Source: Escherichia phage PGN829.1
Direction: 5' to 3' (one strand)
DNA: 64,000 nucleotides
Sequence record: NC_070871.1
This document shows positions 47,467 to 58,493 of this stretch, piece after piece. The notes beneath the pieces are model-generated. The model saw nothing but the letters and a program-made list of their open reading frames with translations. It made no database searches and had not been told where the DNA came from. The stretch's first letter is position 1. Each line of letters begins with the position of its first letter. Both the position numbers and the translations under genes were made by a program.

Positions 47467-50400
47467 TTGAACAGGAAACATGCTATGTCAACATTTGACC
47501 GTCTGGCAGGTTTCGCAGACAGCATCACTAATGCTAAGCAAGTCGATGTCTCTACTGCAACCTCTCAGAAGCAAGCTGCACAAGGGCAAAGCCCTTTCCA
47601 ATTAACCCCAGAGAATGCTTACAATCTCCAAACTGGTCGTGTAGGTAATCTTGGAATTGGTGCATTCGAACCAGGTTCACTTCAGGCAGATTTCACTCAA
47701 GCCTCCCCATTAGAAATCCTTAATAAATACGGTAATGAGCAAGGTCTACAGATTATTAATAGCCGAGCTAATGCTGCTGATGTTGTACGTCAGGACTTAT
47801 CTAAACAACGTACTAACGCGGAAGCATTTGGTGATACTCTTTCTGGTGTTGGTCTTGGTGTTGCTAATACCCTTGGGGGCATTGCTGCTCTTGGTACAGG
47901 TCTGGTCAATGATAATGCCGGAGCATCCATTGCTTCCGGGATGGATTGGCTGAATGAAGGTGTACACAATTTACAGTCTGATGCACTGAATGCTACCCGT
48001 AAGGTTGTTCAGAATCAGAACCAGATTTCTGCACAAAAGAACCAGAAGCTCTATGAAGAAGATATTAAAAATGGGGAGAGCAGTTTGGTTGCCTCCCTGT
48101 CTCGCATTGGTCGTGATGCTTTTGATTCTGTTGCTAATACACTTGATAATGGTATGGCTGCTACCGATGGGCTGAGTGAAGGTGTTGGTTCTCTCTTTAC
48201 TGGTGGTCCATTAATTCGTGGTGTATCCGCACTCGGTAAAGTAATGGTAGGTGGAGATAAAGCCGTTAAAGGTATTACCCTAGCTGCTGAGTTAGGTTCA
48301 CGTCCTGCACAGATTGCATTGTCTGCTGGTCGTGTTGCTGCACCTGCTATTGCAATTGGTGGTATGGAAGCTGGTGGTGCATACCAGCAGACTGCTTCTG
48401 AAATCATGAAGATGTCCCATCAAGAATTGGCAAGTAAGTCTCCTGTTTATCAACAACATATCGCTGATGGTTTATCTCCTGATGAAGCACGTCGTCAAAC
48501 TGCATCTGAAACGGGTATCATTGCTGCTAGCTTAACTGCTCCAGTTGCTGCTGCTACTGGTCCACTGGTATCTAAGTTTGAACTTAACCCACTTAAGGTA
48601 GGTTCACTGGCTGGTGCTGGCTCTAACATGCTTCGTGAAACCGTAGAAGAAGGTATTCAGTCTGGTACAAGTCAGTTTGCACAGAACAAGGCAATTCAGG
48701 GTAATGTAGATGCTAAGCGTGATCTGCTTAAAGGTGTCGGTGAGCAAGCAGGTCTTGGTGCACTCTATGGCTTCGGTAGTGCTGGTGTTTCTCAGGCTCC
48801 TGGTGCAACTGTTAAAGCTGTTGGTGCTTCTGCTGGCCCTGCTCTTCGTACTACCCTGGCTGGTGCTTCTCTGGTTGGTAGTGCATTAGCAAAAGCTGCT
48901 TCTCCTATTACTAACATCCTGGTTCAACGTGGTGAAGAAGTTGCTAAGCGTAATGAACAAGCATCCCCTGTATCTGATGCCACTGTTAATGCTGCTGCAC
49001 AAGAAGCTACTGCTCAGGCAGAACAAGCACAAGCAACTGTACAGGAAGCAGTAGATGCAATGGATATTTCTCCTGAAGAGAAAGCTGCTGCTACTCAGTA
49101 TGCTGCTGACTTAACTCAGGCAATGAAGTTTGACCCAGTAGAGTTAGAGCAAGCTAATCCAGCAATCCGTGAAGCCGTTTCTGGTTCCACTAACCGTGTT
49201 GAAGCTATTCAGAAGATGGCTGACCTGGTTAATACTGCCGAAGACCCTAACGTTCAAATGGAAGCTGCAATCCAGATGTATGACAATATCATGTCTATGG
49301 ATAGCTTCATTAACCGTGACCCAGGTGCTCTGGCTAACCTGGAACAAGGTTCCCCTGCTGCTGCAATCGTTGACCAGTTCTCTGGTCTGATGGCTAACGT
49401 TCAGAATACACCTAAAGTACTTCGTGCATTCCGTGCTATTCATTCTATGATTCAGGAACAGGCTGAAGCAGGTAAACTGAAAGCTACTGAAGAAGCCAAC
49501 CAAGCCCAAGCAAACAATATTGCTATGGCTGCTGATATGTCTCCAGAAGTACTGGATGCTGATTCAGTGAACATGATTCTGAAACATGCAAGTGAAGGTA
49601 AGATTACACTGGGGAATCATCAGCGTGCTGCCCTGCAATCGGCTGCTGCCTTGTTACAGGGTGCACGAGAATTTGATGCTAAAGCAGAAGAACTAGGCTT
49701 ACGTCCTCAAGACATTGTTAGTAAACAGATTAAAACCGACGAGTCTCGTTCTAATGAAGGTCAGTACTCTGCGTTGCAACATGCTAAACGCATTCGTTCT
49801 GCGTACAACTCTGGTAATTTCGATTTGGCTTCCGCTTACCTCGACGACTTTATGAAGTTCGCCCAGCACATGCAGAATAAGGTCGGAGCGTTGAATGAGC
49901 ATCTGATTTCTGGGAATGCGGATAAGAATAAGTCTGTCCATTATCAGGCTCTTACTCCCTCCCGTGAATGGGTACGTAGTCGTACTGGTCTTGGTGTCAA
50001 TCCGTATGATACCAAGTCGGTTAAGTTTGCCCAGCAAGTAGGACTGGAGGCCAAAACCGTAGCTGATATTGCTAACGCACTTGCTACGGCTTACCCGGAG
50101 CTTAATGTTTCTCATGTGAAGGTTACTCCATTAGATTCACGTCTGGACAAGCCTGCTGCCCAGGTAGTTAAAGAGTTCCGTCAAGGTGGTCTTGATGCCA
50201 CTCAGTCTCAACAGACCAATGAACCAGTGAATCAGGTTGATGAAACTCCTGCACCAGCGCAAGAGACTACTACTACTGTACAGCCTAAAGCTAAACCAGT
50301 GGTAGAAAATAAGACTGTTCCTGTTAAAGAGGCTAGTTCAAAAGCAGAAGAAGTCTCTACTACTAAGTCTGAAACAGTAGATGCTACCCTCACCAATGAG

Positions 50401-53400
50401 GATACCACTCAAAAAGTAGCTGAAACTAAAACGGAAATGGAAACAGTTTTCCCTGTCTATAACAATGACAAGACACCGAACCAGTTCCTGAAATCATTTA
50501 CCCTGCCGGAAGAACCTAAGTCTCGCACCATTGGTTCTGAATCCCCTTTGACTGATATTAAGCAAGCACTGTCTTCTACTGCACGCTTTGAAGCATTCAC
50601 TCAAAAAGAAAATAACGCTCTCACAAGTGATGTGATTAAGCGTTATCAGGACTTAATGGGCTTTGGTGAAACTCTGAAGACTACTCTGTCTGATCGTCTG
50701 GCTAAGTTTCTTGCTAATAAGAACGTTGGTAAACGCTTTGCAGAAGGCACAGAGGCTAACCGTTGGGTAGGTGGTAAGTTACTTAATATCGTAGAGAAAG
50801 ACGGAGACACCTTTAAGTTCAATGACCAGTTGTTAGAGACTGCTGTACTTGCTGGTCTGCAATGGCGACTGACTGCTACACAGAATGCTGCTGTTAAAGA
50901 CATGAAAGATGTAGCTGCTATTACTGGTGTAGAGGCATCTCTGTTACCTGAAGGTATTCTGGCTGACTTCGAGAATGCTCAGACTCTGGTTGAAGCTACT
51001 AACTCACTGGCTCAAAAGATTGAATCTTACTGGGGTTTGAATCGCAATCCAAATGCACCACTGGGTTATACCAAAGGTATCCCAATGGCAATGGCTACGG
51101 AGATTCTGTCTTCTTTCATTGAGATGGGTGAAGTTAAAGAATCTATGCTGGATGTGTCTGAGTTTGACCCAGACTCTAATAAGACCGTCGGTCTGTATAC
51201 CATTGAGAAGCTGGATGATAACGATGCCATTAACAAGTTCCCTACTGCTATCGAGGAAGCTGTTCTCGTAGAACCAGAAGAGAAAATGTACTTTGGTGAT
51301 GATATTCCTTCCGTGGCTCAAACTCAGTTACGTAACCCTGCTGTTAAGAATACCCCAGAGCAGAAAGCTGCTCTTAAAGCAGAACAGGCTACCGAGTTCC
51401 GTGTACACATGCCGATGGTTAACTTCTATGAAGCATTAGGTCGTGACAACATTCTGGAACTGATGGGTGCTGGTACTCTTAATCCTGAACTGCTGAACGT
51501 GAACACTGCTAAGTCACTGGAGGGTAAAAACCTGTCAGTGTCTATGGCATATGATTCCCTGTTCGGTGTAATCAACCAGTTACAGGAACAGGAGAATGGT
51601 CTGGATACGCCTATTCACTATGGTTACAACATGACCCGTGTAGGTCGTATGCAGATGTTAGGTAAGAACAACCCACAATCCAGTAAACTGGTTCGTGAAG
51701 CAATTCTGCCAACCTTCTCTACTATTGACTTGAGTAATGAAAATAGCCAAACATTCTCTGACTTCCAGCTAGGACTGGCTCAGGCATTGGGTATCAAGGT
51801 ACATAACATGTCCCGTGAAGCTATGTCTGAAAAGTTGACCAAGGCTCTGGAAGGTAATCTGAAACCTGCCGTTGATATGGTGGTTGAGTTTGATAAGTCT
51901 GGTCACTTACCAGCTAATGCAGTGGATATTCTGAAAACATCTCTGGGCGGCGATAAATCATTCGTAGCTCTTATGGCTCTTATGGAATATGCCCGTTACC
52001 TGAACAGTGATGACCGTGCCAACTTTAATACCCCTCTGTACGTTGAAGCCGATGGTGTAACTAACGGACCAATCAACGCAATGGTATTAATGACCGGTGG
52101 TAAGTTCACTTCAGACTGGGTTAAGAATACTGCTAAAGGTGGCTTGTTCTTCGGTAAAGCTGGTAAGACTATGAATGAACATCGTTCACAGGATGACAGT
52201 GTTGACCTGTATGAAGCATCTACCAATGGTCTGCAACAAGCACTTAATGAGTTACGTACTACTTACCGTAACAACGTTCCGGTTATGAACCAAATGAATC
52301 ATCTTCAGAAGTTAATGGACCTGTTTATTAAAGACTTTAACCTGAATGAAGACGGTACTCTGGACCTGAAACGTGGTATCGCTAAAAACCCACTGACTAT
52401 TACCATCTATGGTTCTGGTGCTCGTGGTATTGCTGGCAAGATGGTTAGTGCAATTACTGACACCATCTATGAACGCTTCAGTGATGTTCTGCAAGCTCGT
52501 GCTGCTGACCCTAGCATTTCCCCAGCTATGGCAATGTTTGGTAAGGAGGCTGCGTCTGAGGCTGATGCTCAGGCTATGCTGGATACTTTCCTTACTTCTA
52601 TGGAAGCACTGACTGGTAATGTTCCAGTTATGCGTAAAGGTGAACTGTCTATTCAACAGGTAGAAGGTGCTCTGACTGGTAAGTTAGACCCTCAGAAGTT
52701 TACCGTATCAGGAAATGCTCTGAAGAACTTACAAGAGAACATGCTTCACCTGTTCGTTGAACCAATGCGTACTGGTATCCGTAATACTGTTGGTGAAGGT
52801 CTGATGCATTCTACTGAGAACTTGCAGAAGGCTACCCAGATTCAGTCACTGGTATTGCAGGATATGTTCCAGCAACGTGTCCAGGAGAAGCTAGCAGAAA
52901 AAGAAAAAGACCCAACATGGAAAAAGGGTGATTTCTTAACACAGAAAGAACTGAATGAAATCCAGGAATCATTATCCCCACTAGCTCCAATGATTGAGAC
53001 TGGTTCACAGACTTTCTACATTGCTGGCAGTGAAAATACTGATGTTGCTAACCAAGTTCTGGCTACCAACTTAGATGATCGTATGCGTGTGCCAATGAGC
53101 ATCTATGCTCCTTCACAGGCAGGTGTTGCAGGTATTCCTTTTATGACCATTGGTACTGGCGATGGCATGATGATGCAGACCCTTTCTACTATGAAAGGTG
53201 CTCCGAAGAATACCCTGAAAATCTTTGATGGTATGAACATTGGTATCAACAACATCACTGATGCAAGTCGTAAAGCTAATGAGGCTGTATACACTTCCTG
53301 GCAGGGTAACCCTATCAAGAATGTCTACGACTCCTTCTCTAAGTTCATGAAGAATGTAGACTTCAGCAAACTGTCTGATGAAACCAAACAGGCTATCGCT

Positions 53401-56400
53401 AAATCTGCTCTGGAATATGACCAGCGTGAAGGTGCTACCGATGACCTGTTACGTGTTGGTGCTGAACAGATTGAACGTAACCTGCGTAATATTGCTCTGG
53501 GTGTAGATATTCGTCACAAAGTAATGAACCAGGTACAGACTACTGTTGACCAGATGGCTGCTGTTGGTGCTCCTTATGTGAACAACGGTAAAATCTCTCT
53601 GGAAGGTCTGACCGTAGACCAACAAGTAGCTAAGCTAAATGAACTGTTCGATGCTGAATTAAACAAACGTCGTGATGCAGTACGTGCTGCTAAAGTAGAA
53701 CCAGTGAAAGAAGTGCCAGCAATGGAACAGGTTGGTCGTGTACTGAAGTCTGGTGTACGCCTACTGTCTAATACTGCTATCTCTAAGCTGGCTAAAGAGA
53801 TGTCTCCGGAACAGCAAGCAGTACTGAAAGAAGTACAGAAATCCCTTGCTGCTAAAGACTATAAGGTTGTTTACGGTACACCTTCCCAACTGGATGCTTA
53901 TGCTATTGAGAAGAATATTACTCGCCCAGCACCAGAAGATATTGAAGCTGCTGAAGCTGGTAATGCGTATGGTTGGACTAACTTTGAAGATAAGACCATC
54001 TACTTAGTTACCCCTTCCTTAGAGACTCTGGTTCATGAATTGGTGCATGCTTCTACTTTTGAATCTGTACTGGCTCACTATGAGGGTACTCCTAATGAAG
54101 CGGTCCAGAACATTGAAGACCTGATGAACCAGTTCCGTGCTCTGGATGTTAAGGATGAATCCCCGGCAGTTCGGGAAGCATATGCAGATGCTCTTAATAC
54201 TATTAACGGTCATTTATCTAATGGCTTTATTGAGCCAGCAATGGCTAAAGCTGCTGCACTGAATGAGTACATGGCATGGGGTTTAACCAACCGTGAACTG
54301 ATTAGTAAGCAGAAGAAAACCACTGCACTTAAGACTATGGTTCAGGCTGTATATGAAGCAATTAAACGTCTGGTATTCGGGCGTAAGAAAGCACCAGCTA
54401 ATGCAGATGATATGTTCTCTGGCTTACTGTTTAACTCGTCCGTAGTTATGCGTGGGCAAGCTCCTACTGCTGCTGTAGTCAAAGATACTACTCTGTTCCA
54501 TAACAAAACGTATGGTGACAATACTCGTCTGGAAGAGCTAGGGAAAACCTTCGATAAACTGATTACTGACTACATTGGTTCTGAACCAGTACAGCAAGTA
54601 ATTCGTAAAGGTAAGTTCTCTGATGCAGTGGTTAATGCGACTAAAGTAACTCGTGATGTTCAGGCTCATGGCTTCACTATGAATATGCAGGAACAACGTC
54701 TCTTTACTAACATTGTTGCTGCTCTGGCTACTGAGGCTGCTATTAATCCTGCTGCTCTGGCTCGTGCGCAGGAATACTACACACATGTTACTAAGAACCT
54801 GACCGTTGAGTCATTCATGACTGACCCAGATAGTACTAACCCTGCTGACCGTTACTATGCACAGCAGAAGTTCGATACCATCATGGGTGCTAACAACATT
54901 GAGTTTGATTCACAAGGTCGTTCCTCCTTACTGCCTACCTTTATTGGTCTGGCGATGGTAAGTGAAGAGGTACGTAAAGTGCTGGCTGATATTCCAGTTA
55001 TGAAAGTAGACAAGAAATCTGGCAATACCGCTGATGCAATGCTGACTAACATCGGTACTGCTGCAATGGCTAGTCTGAATGCTCGTGTAGCAGGAGATAC
55101 TAAAGCTACCAACGTACAGGAAGGTATGGATGCACTGGCTCAGACAATCATGCAGACCAGTCTTAATGCACAATCCTTCTATGATTCCGTTGCTACTCCT
55201 ACGGGTAATGCTATTGATCGTGCTAACCAGTATCTGGTGGACTCTATTGATGTACTGTCTACCCGTGCTTTAGAAGGTGCTCGTGAAGTTGCAGCTAATA
55301 CCAAGAACCCGTTGGTTAAAGGTGCTGCCCATGCTGCACAATTAATAGCTGCTATTGCTACAGAGAAGAATGGTGCAATCGTAGCCGAAGGTGTTATGGC
55401 TGCAATGAACCAAGGTAAAGTATGGCAACCCTTTCACGATCTGGTTAATGACTTAACTGGTCGTACTAAGAGTAATGCTTCTGTATATGATTTGATTAAG
55501 GCAGTGCGTGCCCAGGTACAGGCTGACCGTCAACAGTTCCGTGAACATCTGCCCACCACTATCGCATCTAAGTTCAGCCGTAAGCTGACTAATGATGAGT
55601 GGAAAGCAATGCATACCGGTATGGGTAAAACCGACTTAGCTGTTCTGCGTGACACTATGTCTCTGGCTGAAATTCGTGACCTGCTGACTGACCAGAAGAT
55701 TGTTGACCGTGAGGTTAATAAACTGGAAGCAGATTTGCAGAAACAAGCTGGTCGTAACTGGCCTTTGATTAACCGTAAATCTAAGCAACTGGCTCAGTAC
55801 ATGATTAATGGAACAGTTGGTAATAACCTGCTGCGTAATGCTACAGCAATCTCTCGTATGCTGGGTGAACGTCAGGCTGCACGTTCTACTGTAGACGTAG
55901 CTCAACTGGATAAACTGATTACTCTGTATGCACTGGAAGCAATGAGTAAAACTGACCGCGAGGTGTTATCTTCACTGGCTCAGACAGAGATTGAAGGCAT
56001 GGACTTCGCTACTTCTTATCTGGTTGGTCAGCGTAAAGATGAAATGGCTAAAGCCAAATCTGATACTCGTGCAACTCTGAACCAGTACAAAGGGTATATT
56101 CCTGGTGAGACTAAACAGGGTGTTAACTTGATAGTTGCTGAAGATAGTCAGTTTGCTGATTTGATTGAGAAGTCCTATGTACGTCTGGGTACTTATCAGG
56201 GTAGCTCTGCTAATCGTGGTCCAGCACGTAGCTACTACTTTGCACCGGTACAGGCACAGGCTCCATTCTCGCAAGGTATCTTACAGAACGTTCGCAATAC
56301 TGCTGGTGGTGTAGACCTTGGTACAGGCTTTACGATGGGTACAATGGTAGCTGGTCGTATCACTGACAAGCCTTCTGTAGACCGTATCACTAAAGCACTG

Positions 56401-57837
56401 GCTCGCGGTGAACGTGGTAATGAACCACTGCTGCCTGTATATGATGATAAAGGCAATGTGGTTGCTTATGAGCAATCTATTGACCCTAACATGCTGAAGC
56501 ACATTGAGGGTGAGAACCATCTCGCTCGTGCAATCGGTGTATGGCGTGGTCGTCAGGTAGAGGAAGCTAAGGCTCAGCGTTTCAACGATATGCTGATTGA
56601 GAACCTGCATAGCATGTATGAGAACGACATTAAGATGTCTACCTCTAATAAGTCACAGTACGTTAACCTTCTTGGTTCTAAACTGGATCCAGTAACTGCT
56701 GATGCTCTTAAACTGATGAACAGTGAAACTCGTCAGAAAGCAGAAAGTCTGTTTGGTGAAGGTGAACTGTGGGTACGTCGTGACATGCTGAATGATGCAC
56801 TGGGTTATCGTGCAGCTTCTGTAGGTGATGCCTGGTCTGGTAACTCTCGTTGGTCACCGGAAACATTGGATACCTTCAAGAAAGCTATGTTGGGTGTATT
56901 TGGCAACCGTGCTTACAAATATGTAATGGGTGGTGAGAATCTGGTTCAGAACTTAGTTAAAGAAGCCAAAACTCTGATTGTAGTTAAATCAGTAGTTGTG
57001 CCTGCTGTTAACTTCCTGGCTAACCTTTACCAGATGGTCGGTCGTGGTGTACCTGTTAAGAACATTACTAAGAGTATTCCACAGAAGACTGCTGAGATTA
57101 ATCAGTACCTGAAATCTCGTCTGCGTCAGGTAGATGCAGAAGCGGAATTACGTGCAGCTACTAACCCGAACCAGATTCGTAAACTTAAAGCTGAGATTCA
57201 GTCCATCACTGATAGCCATAAGCGTATGAGTATCTGGCCTCTGTTAGAAGCTGGTGAGTTTTCTTCAATTGCAGATGCTGGTATTGGTCGTGATGACATC
57301 CTGATTACTGAAGGTAAACTTCATGAATACATGGATAAGCTGGCTGATAAGTTACCTAAGTCTGTACGTAATGCTGGACGTTATGCACTTATCACCAAAG
57401 ATACTGCTCTGTTCCAGGGTATCCAGAAGACGGTTGAGTACTCTGACTTTATTGCTAAAGCAATCATCTATGATGATTTGACTCAGCGTAAAGGTAAGAC
57501 TCGTGAAGAAGCACTTGGACGTGTAACGGAAGAGTTCATTAACTATGACCGTCTGCCTGGTCGCTTCCGTGGGTATATGGAAAGTGTTGGTCTTATGTGG
57601 TTCTATAACTTTAAGATTCGTTCTGCAAAAATTGCAGTATCCATGATTCGTAACAACCCGGTACACGCAGCTATGGCTATGTTGGCTCCAACTCCTACCA
57701 TGTTTGGTAATGTTGGTTTACCTATTCAGGACAACATCTTCAGTATTGCTGCACAAGGCAATCTCGGTTACTCCTGGGGCTTCGGTCAGGGACTTCGTGC
57801 CCATAACCTTAACCCTTGGCTCAATCTAGCTAACTAA
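47467..57837 (+). CDS. virion-encapsidated RNA polymerase (vRNAP, N4 gp50-like giant protein)
   Basis: Single 3456-aa ORF (N4 vRNAP about 3500 aa); last gene of the late operon, converging on a bidirectional terminator. Confidence 0.9.
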   Translation: MNRKHAMSTFDRLAGFADSITNAKQVDVSTATSQKQAAQGQSPFQLTPENAYNLQTGRVGNLGIGAFEPGSLQADFTQASPLEILNKYGNEQGLQIINSRANAADVVRQDLSKQRTNAEAFGDTLSGVGLGVANTLGGIAALGTGLVNDNAGASIASGMDWLNEGVHNLQSDALNATRKVVQNQNQISAQKNQKLYEEDIKNGESSLVASLSRIGRDAFDSVANTLDNGMAATDGLSEGVGSLFTGGPLIRGVSALGKVMVGGDKAVKGITLAAELGSRPAQIALSAGRVAAPAIAIGGMEAGGAYQQTASEIMKMSHQELASKSPVYQQHIADGLSPDEARRQTASETGIIAASLTAPVAAATGPLVSKFELNPLKVGSLAGAGSNMLRETVEEGIQSGTSQFAQNKAIQGNVDAKRDLLKGVGEQAGLGALYGFGSAGVSQAPGATVKAVGASAGPALRTTLAGASLVGSALAKAASPITNILVQRGEEVAKRNEQASPVSDATVNAAAQEATAQAEQAQATVQEAVDAMDISPEEKAAATQYAADLTQAMKFDPVELEQANPAIREAVSGSTNRVEAIQKMADLVNTAEDPNVQMEAAIQMYDNIMSMDSFINRDPGALANLEQGSPAAAIVDQFSGLMANVQNTPKVLRAFRAIHSMIQEQAEAGKLKATEEANQAQANNIAMAADMSPEVLDADSVNMILKHASEGKITLGNHQRAALQSAAALLQGAREFDAKAEELGLRPQDIVSKQIKTDESRSNEGQYSALQHAKRIRSAYNSGNFDLASAYLDDFMKFAQHMQNKVGALNEHLISGNADKNKSVHYQALTPSREWVRSRTGLGVNPYDTKSVKFAQQVGLEAKTVADIANALATAYPELNVSHVKVTPLDSRLDKPAAQVVKEFRQGGLDATQSQQTNEPVNQVDETPAPAQETTTTVQPKAKPVVENKTVPVKEASSKAEEVSTTKSETVDATLTNEDTTQKVAETKTEMETVFPVYNNDKTPNQFLKSFTLPEEPKSRTIGSESPLTDIKQALSSTARFEAFTQKENNALTSDVIKRYQDLMGFGETLKTTLSDRLAKFLANKNVGKRFAEGTEANRWVGGKLLNIVEKDGDTFKFNDQLLETAVLAGLQWRLTATQNAAVKDMKDVAAITGVEASLLPEGILADFENAQTLVEATNSLAQKIESYWGLNRNPNAPLGYTKGIPMAMATEILSSFIEMGEVKESMLDVSEFDPDSNKTVGLYTIEKLDDNDAINKFPTAIEEAVLVEPEEKMYFGDDIPSVAQTQLRNPAVKNTPEQKAALKAEQATEFRVHMPMVNFYEALGRDNILELMGAGTLNPELLNVNTAKSLEGKNLSVSMAYDSLFGVINQLQEQENGLDTPIHYGYNMTRVGRMQMLGKNNPQSSKLVREAILPTFSTIDLSNENSQTFSDFQLGLAQALGIKVHNMSREAMSEKLTKALEGNLKPAVDMVVEFDKSGHLPANAVDILKTSLGGDKSFVALMALMEYARYLNSDDRANFNTPLYVEADGVTNGPINAMVLMTGGKFTSDWVKNTAKGGLFFGKAGKTMNEHRSQDDSVDLYEASTNGLQQALNELRTTYRNNVPVMNQMNHLQKLMDLFIKDFNLNEDGTLDLKRGIAKNPLTITIYGSGARGIAGKMVSAITDTIYERFSDVLQARAADPSISPAMAMFGKEAASEADAQAMLDTFLTSMEALTGNVPVMRKGELSIQQVEGALTGKLDPQKFTVSGNALKNLQENMLHLFVEPMRTGIRNTVGEGLMHSTENLQKATQIQSLVLQDMFQQRVQEKLAEKEKDPTWKKGDFLTQKELNEIQESLSPLAPMIETGSQTFYIAGSENTDVANQVLATNLDDRMRVPMSIYAPSQAGVAGIPFMTIGTGDGMMMQTLSTMKGAPKNTLKIFDGMNIGINNITDASRKANEAVYTSWQGNPIKNVYDSFSKFMKNVDFSKLSDETKQAIAKSALEYDQREGATDDLLRVGAEQIERNLRNIALGVDIRHKVMNQVQTTVDQMAAVGAPYVNNGKISLEGLTVDQQVAKLNELFDAELNKRRDAVRAAKVEPVKEVPAMEQVGRVLKSGVRLLSNTAISKLAKEMSPEQQAVLKEVQKSLAAKDYKVVYGTPSQLDAYAIEKNITRPAPEDIEAAEAGNAYGWTNFEDKTIYLVTPSLETLVHELVHASTFESVLAHYEGTPNEAVQNIEDLMNQFRALDVKDESPAVREAYADALNTINGHLSNGFIEPAMAKAAALNEYMAWGLTNRELISKQKKTTALKTMVQAVYEAIKRLVFGRKKAPANADDMFSGLLFNSSVVMRGQAPTAAVVKDTTLFHNKTYGDNTRLEELGKTFDKLITDYIGSEPVQQVIRKGKFSDAVVNATKVTRDVQAHGFTMNMQEQRLFTNIVAALATEAAINPAALARAQEYYTHVTKNLTVESFMTDPDSTNPADRYYAQQKFDTIMGANNIEFDSQGRSSLLPTFIGLAMVSEEVRKVLADIPVMKVDKKSGNTADAMLTNIGTAAMASLNARVAGDTKATNVQEGMDALAQTIMQTSLNAQSFYDSVATPTGNAIDRANQYLVDSIDVLSTRALEGAREVAANTKNPLVKGAAHAAQLIAAIATEKNGAIVAEGVMAAMNQGKVWQPFHDLVNDLTGRTKSNASVYDLIKAVRAQVQADRQQFREHLPTTIASKFSRKLTNDEWKAMHTGMGKTDLAVLRDTMSLAEIRDLLTDQKIVDREVNKLEADLQKQAGRNWPLINRKSKQLAQYMINGTVGNNLLRNATAISRMLGERQAARSTVDVAQLDKLITLYALEAMSKTDREVLSSLAQTEIEGMDFATSYLVGQRKDEMAKAKSDTRATLNQYKGYIPGETKQGVNLIVAEDSQFADLIEKSYVRLGTYQGSSANRGPARSYYFAPVQAQAPFSQGILQNVRNTAGGVDLGTGFTMGTMVAGRITDKPSVDRITKALARGERGNEPLLPVYDDKGNVVAYEQSIDPNMLKHIEGENHLARAIGVWRGRQVEEAKAQRFNDMLIENLHSMYENDIKMSTSNKSQYVNLLGSKLDPVTADALKLMNSETRQKAESLFGEGELWVRRDMLNDALGYRAASVGDAWSGNSRWSPETLDTFKKAMLGVFGNRAYKYVMGGENLVQNLVKEAKTLIVVKSVVVPAVNFLANLYQMVGRGVPVKNITKSIPQKTAEINQYLKSRLRQVDAEAELRAATNPNQIRKLKAEIQSITDSHKRMSIWPLLEAGEFSSIADAGIGRDDILITEGKLHEYMDKLADKLPKSVRNAGRYALITKDTALFQGIQKTVEYSDFIAKAIIYDDLTQRKGKTREEALGRVTEEFINYDRLPGRFRGYMESVGLMWFYNFKIRSAKIAVSMIRNNPVHAAMAMLAPTPTMFGNVGLPIQDNIFSIAAQGNLGYSWGFGQGLRAHNLNPWLNLAN

Positions 57838-57844
57838 ATGAAAA

Positions 57845-57873
57845 AGCCCCTCATTAGAGGGGCTTTAATTTTT
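57845..57873. terminator. bidirectional intrinsic terminator between convergent vRNAP and DUF2829 genes
   Basis: 8-bp stem AGCCCCTC/GAGGGGCT with ATTA loop, A-run upstream and TTTAATTTTT downstream. Confidence 0.65.
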
Positions 57874-57874
57874 A

Positions 57875-58375
57875 CTAAACTAACACCCAGTCTTCAGCTA
57901 ATATATCTGATTGGGATGGGACCCAAGGCATAAACTGGTTATCAACAGTTTTGATTCCTAACCATGGACGAGGTTTCAATTCATCAGCAAGTCCTGGACG
58001 CTCTAAGCTACTGCTATTCCATTCTTGAGCAGCAACGTACTCAATGTACATTCCTTTACCATTCCAGCCTTTACGGGCTAGTTTGAAGCCGGATTTGAGA
58101 AGCTCTACTGCATGACCAAAGGTGCAACCTTTTTCTACGTCATGGTACGCAGTTTCAAATGCAGATTTAGGTGACCAGCTAATATAGCCACGGAACTGAG
58201 GATGGTTAGACTTAGAGTCTGGGTACTCTACTAAGTAACCTTCTTCTAATGGGTCCTCATTAGCAGGTACATCCCAGCCACGAAGTTTGCAGTATGTTTC
58301 TTTGTTCATTCGGAAACCATTTACACACTTGGTTCCGATATAATTGGTAAAATGGACTTTAATTTCTTCTGACAT
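57875..58375 (-). CDS. DUF2829-domain protein (Tad2-like candidate cyclic-nucleotide sponge) with extra N-terminal domain
   Basis: Trimmed to ATG at 58373-58375 (GAGG SD); C-terminal half FGHAVELLKSGFKLARKGWNGKGMYI...PWVPSQSDILAEDWVLV matches recalled DUF2829 signature. Confidence 0.5.
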   Translation of the reverse strand: MSEEIKVHFTNYIGTKCVNGFRMNKETYCKLRGWDVPANEDPLEEGYLVEYPDSKSNHPQFRGYISWSPKSAFETAYHDVEKGCTFGHAVELLKSGFKLARKGWNGKGMYIEYVAAQEWNSSSLERPGLADELKPRPWLGIKTVDNQFMPWVPSQSDILAEDWVLV

Positions 58376-58393
58376 AACTACCTCAAATGAGAA

Positions 58394-58425
58394 AGCCCTC
58401 ACTAGGAGGGCTTGTTTTGTTTTGG
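58394..58425. terminator. hairpin with T-tract (terminator-like), between DUF2829 gene and upstream gene
   Basis: Stem AGCCCTC/GAGGGCT with 5-nt loop; TGTTTTGTTTT on plus strand, weaker TTCTCATTT on minus strand. Confidence 0.35.
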
Positions 58426-58493
58426 CTTCATGAGCCTTACCACATGTCGGGTAGTTCAGTACCTTTCGGTAAAAACTACCTTACACTTTTGAA

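Noticed and set aside
47735-57666. About 25 small ORFs (60-140 aa, both strands) lying inside the vRNAP coding sequence
   Set aside because: All are nested in or antisense to a continuous 3456-aa ORF; none has an SD-led start or recognisable motif; treated as frame noise.
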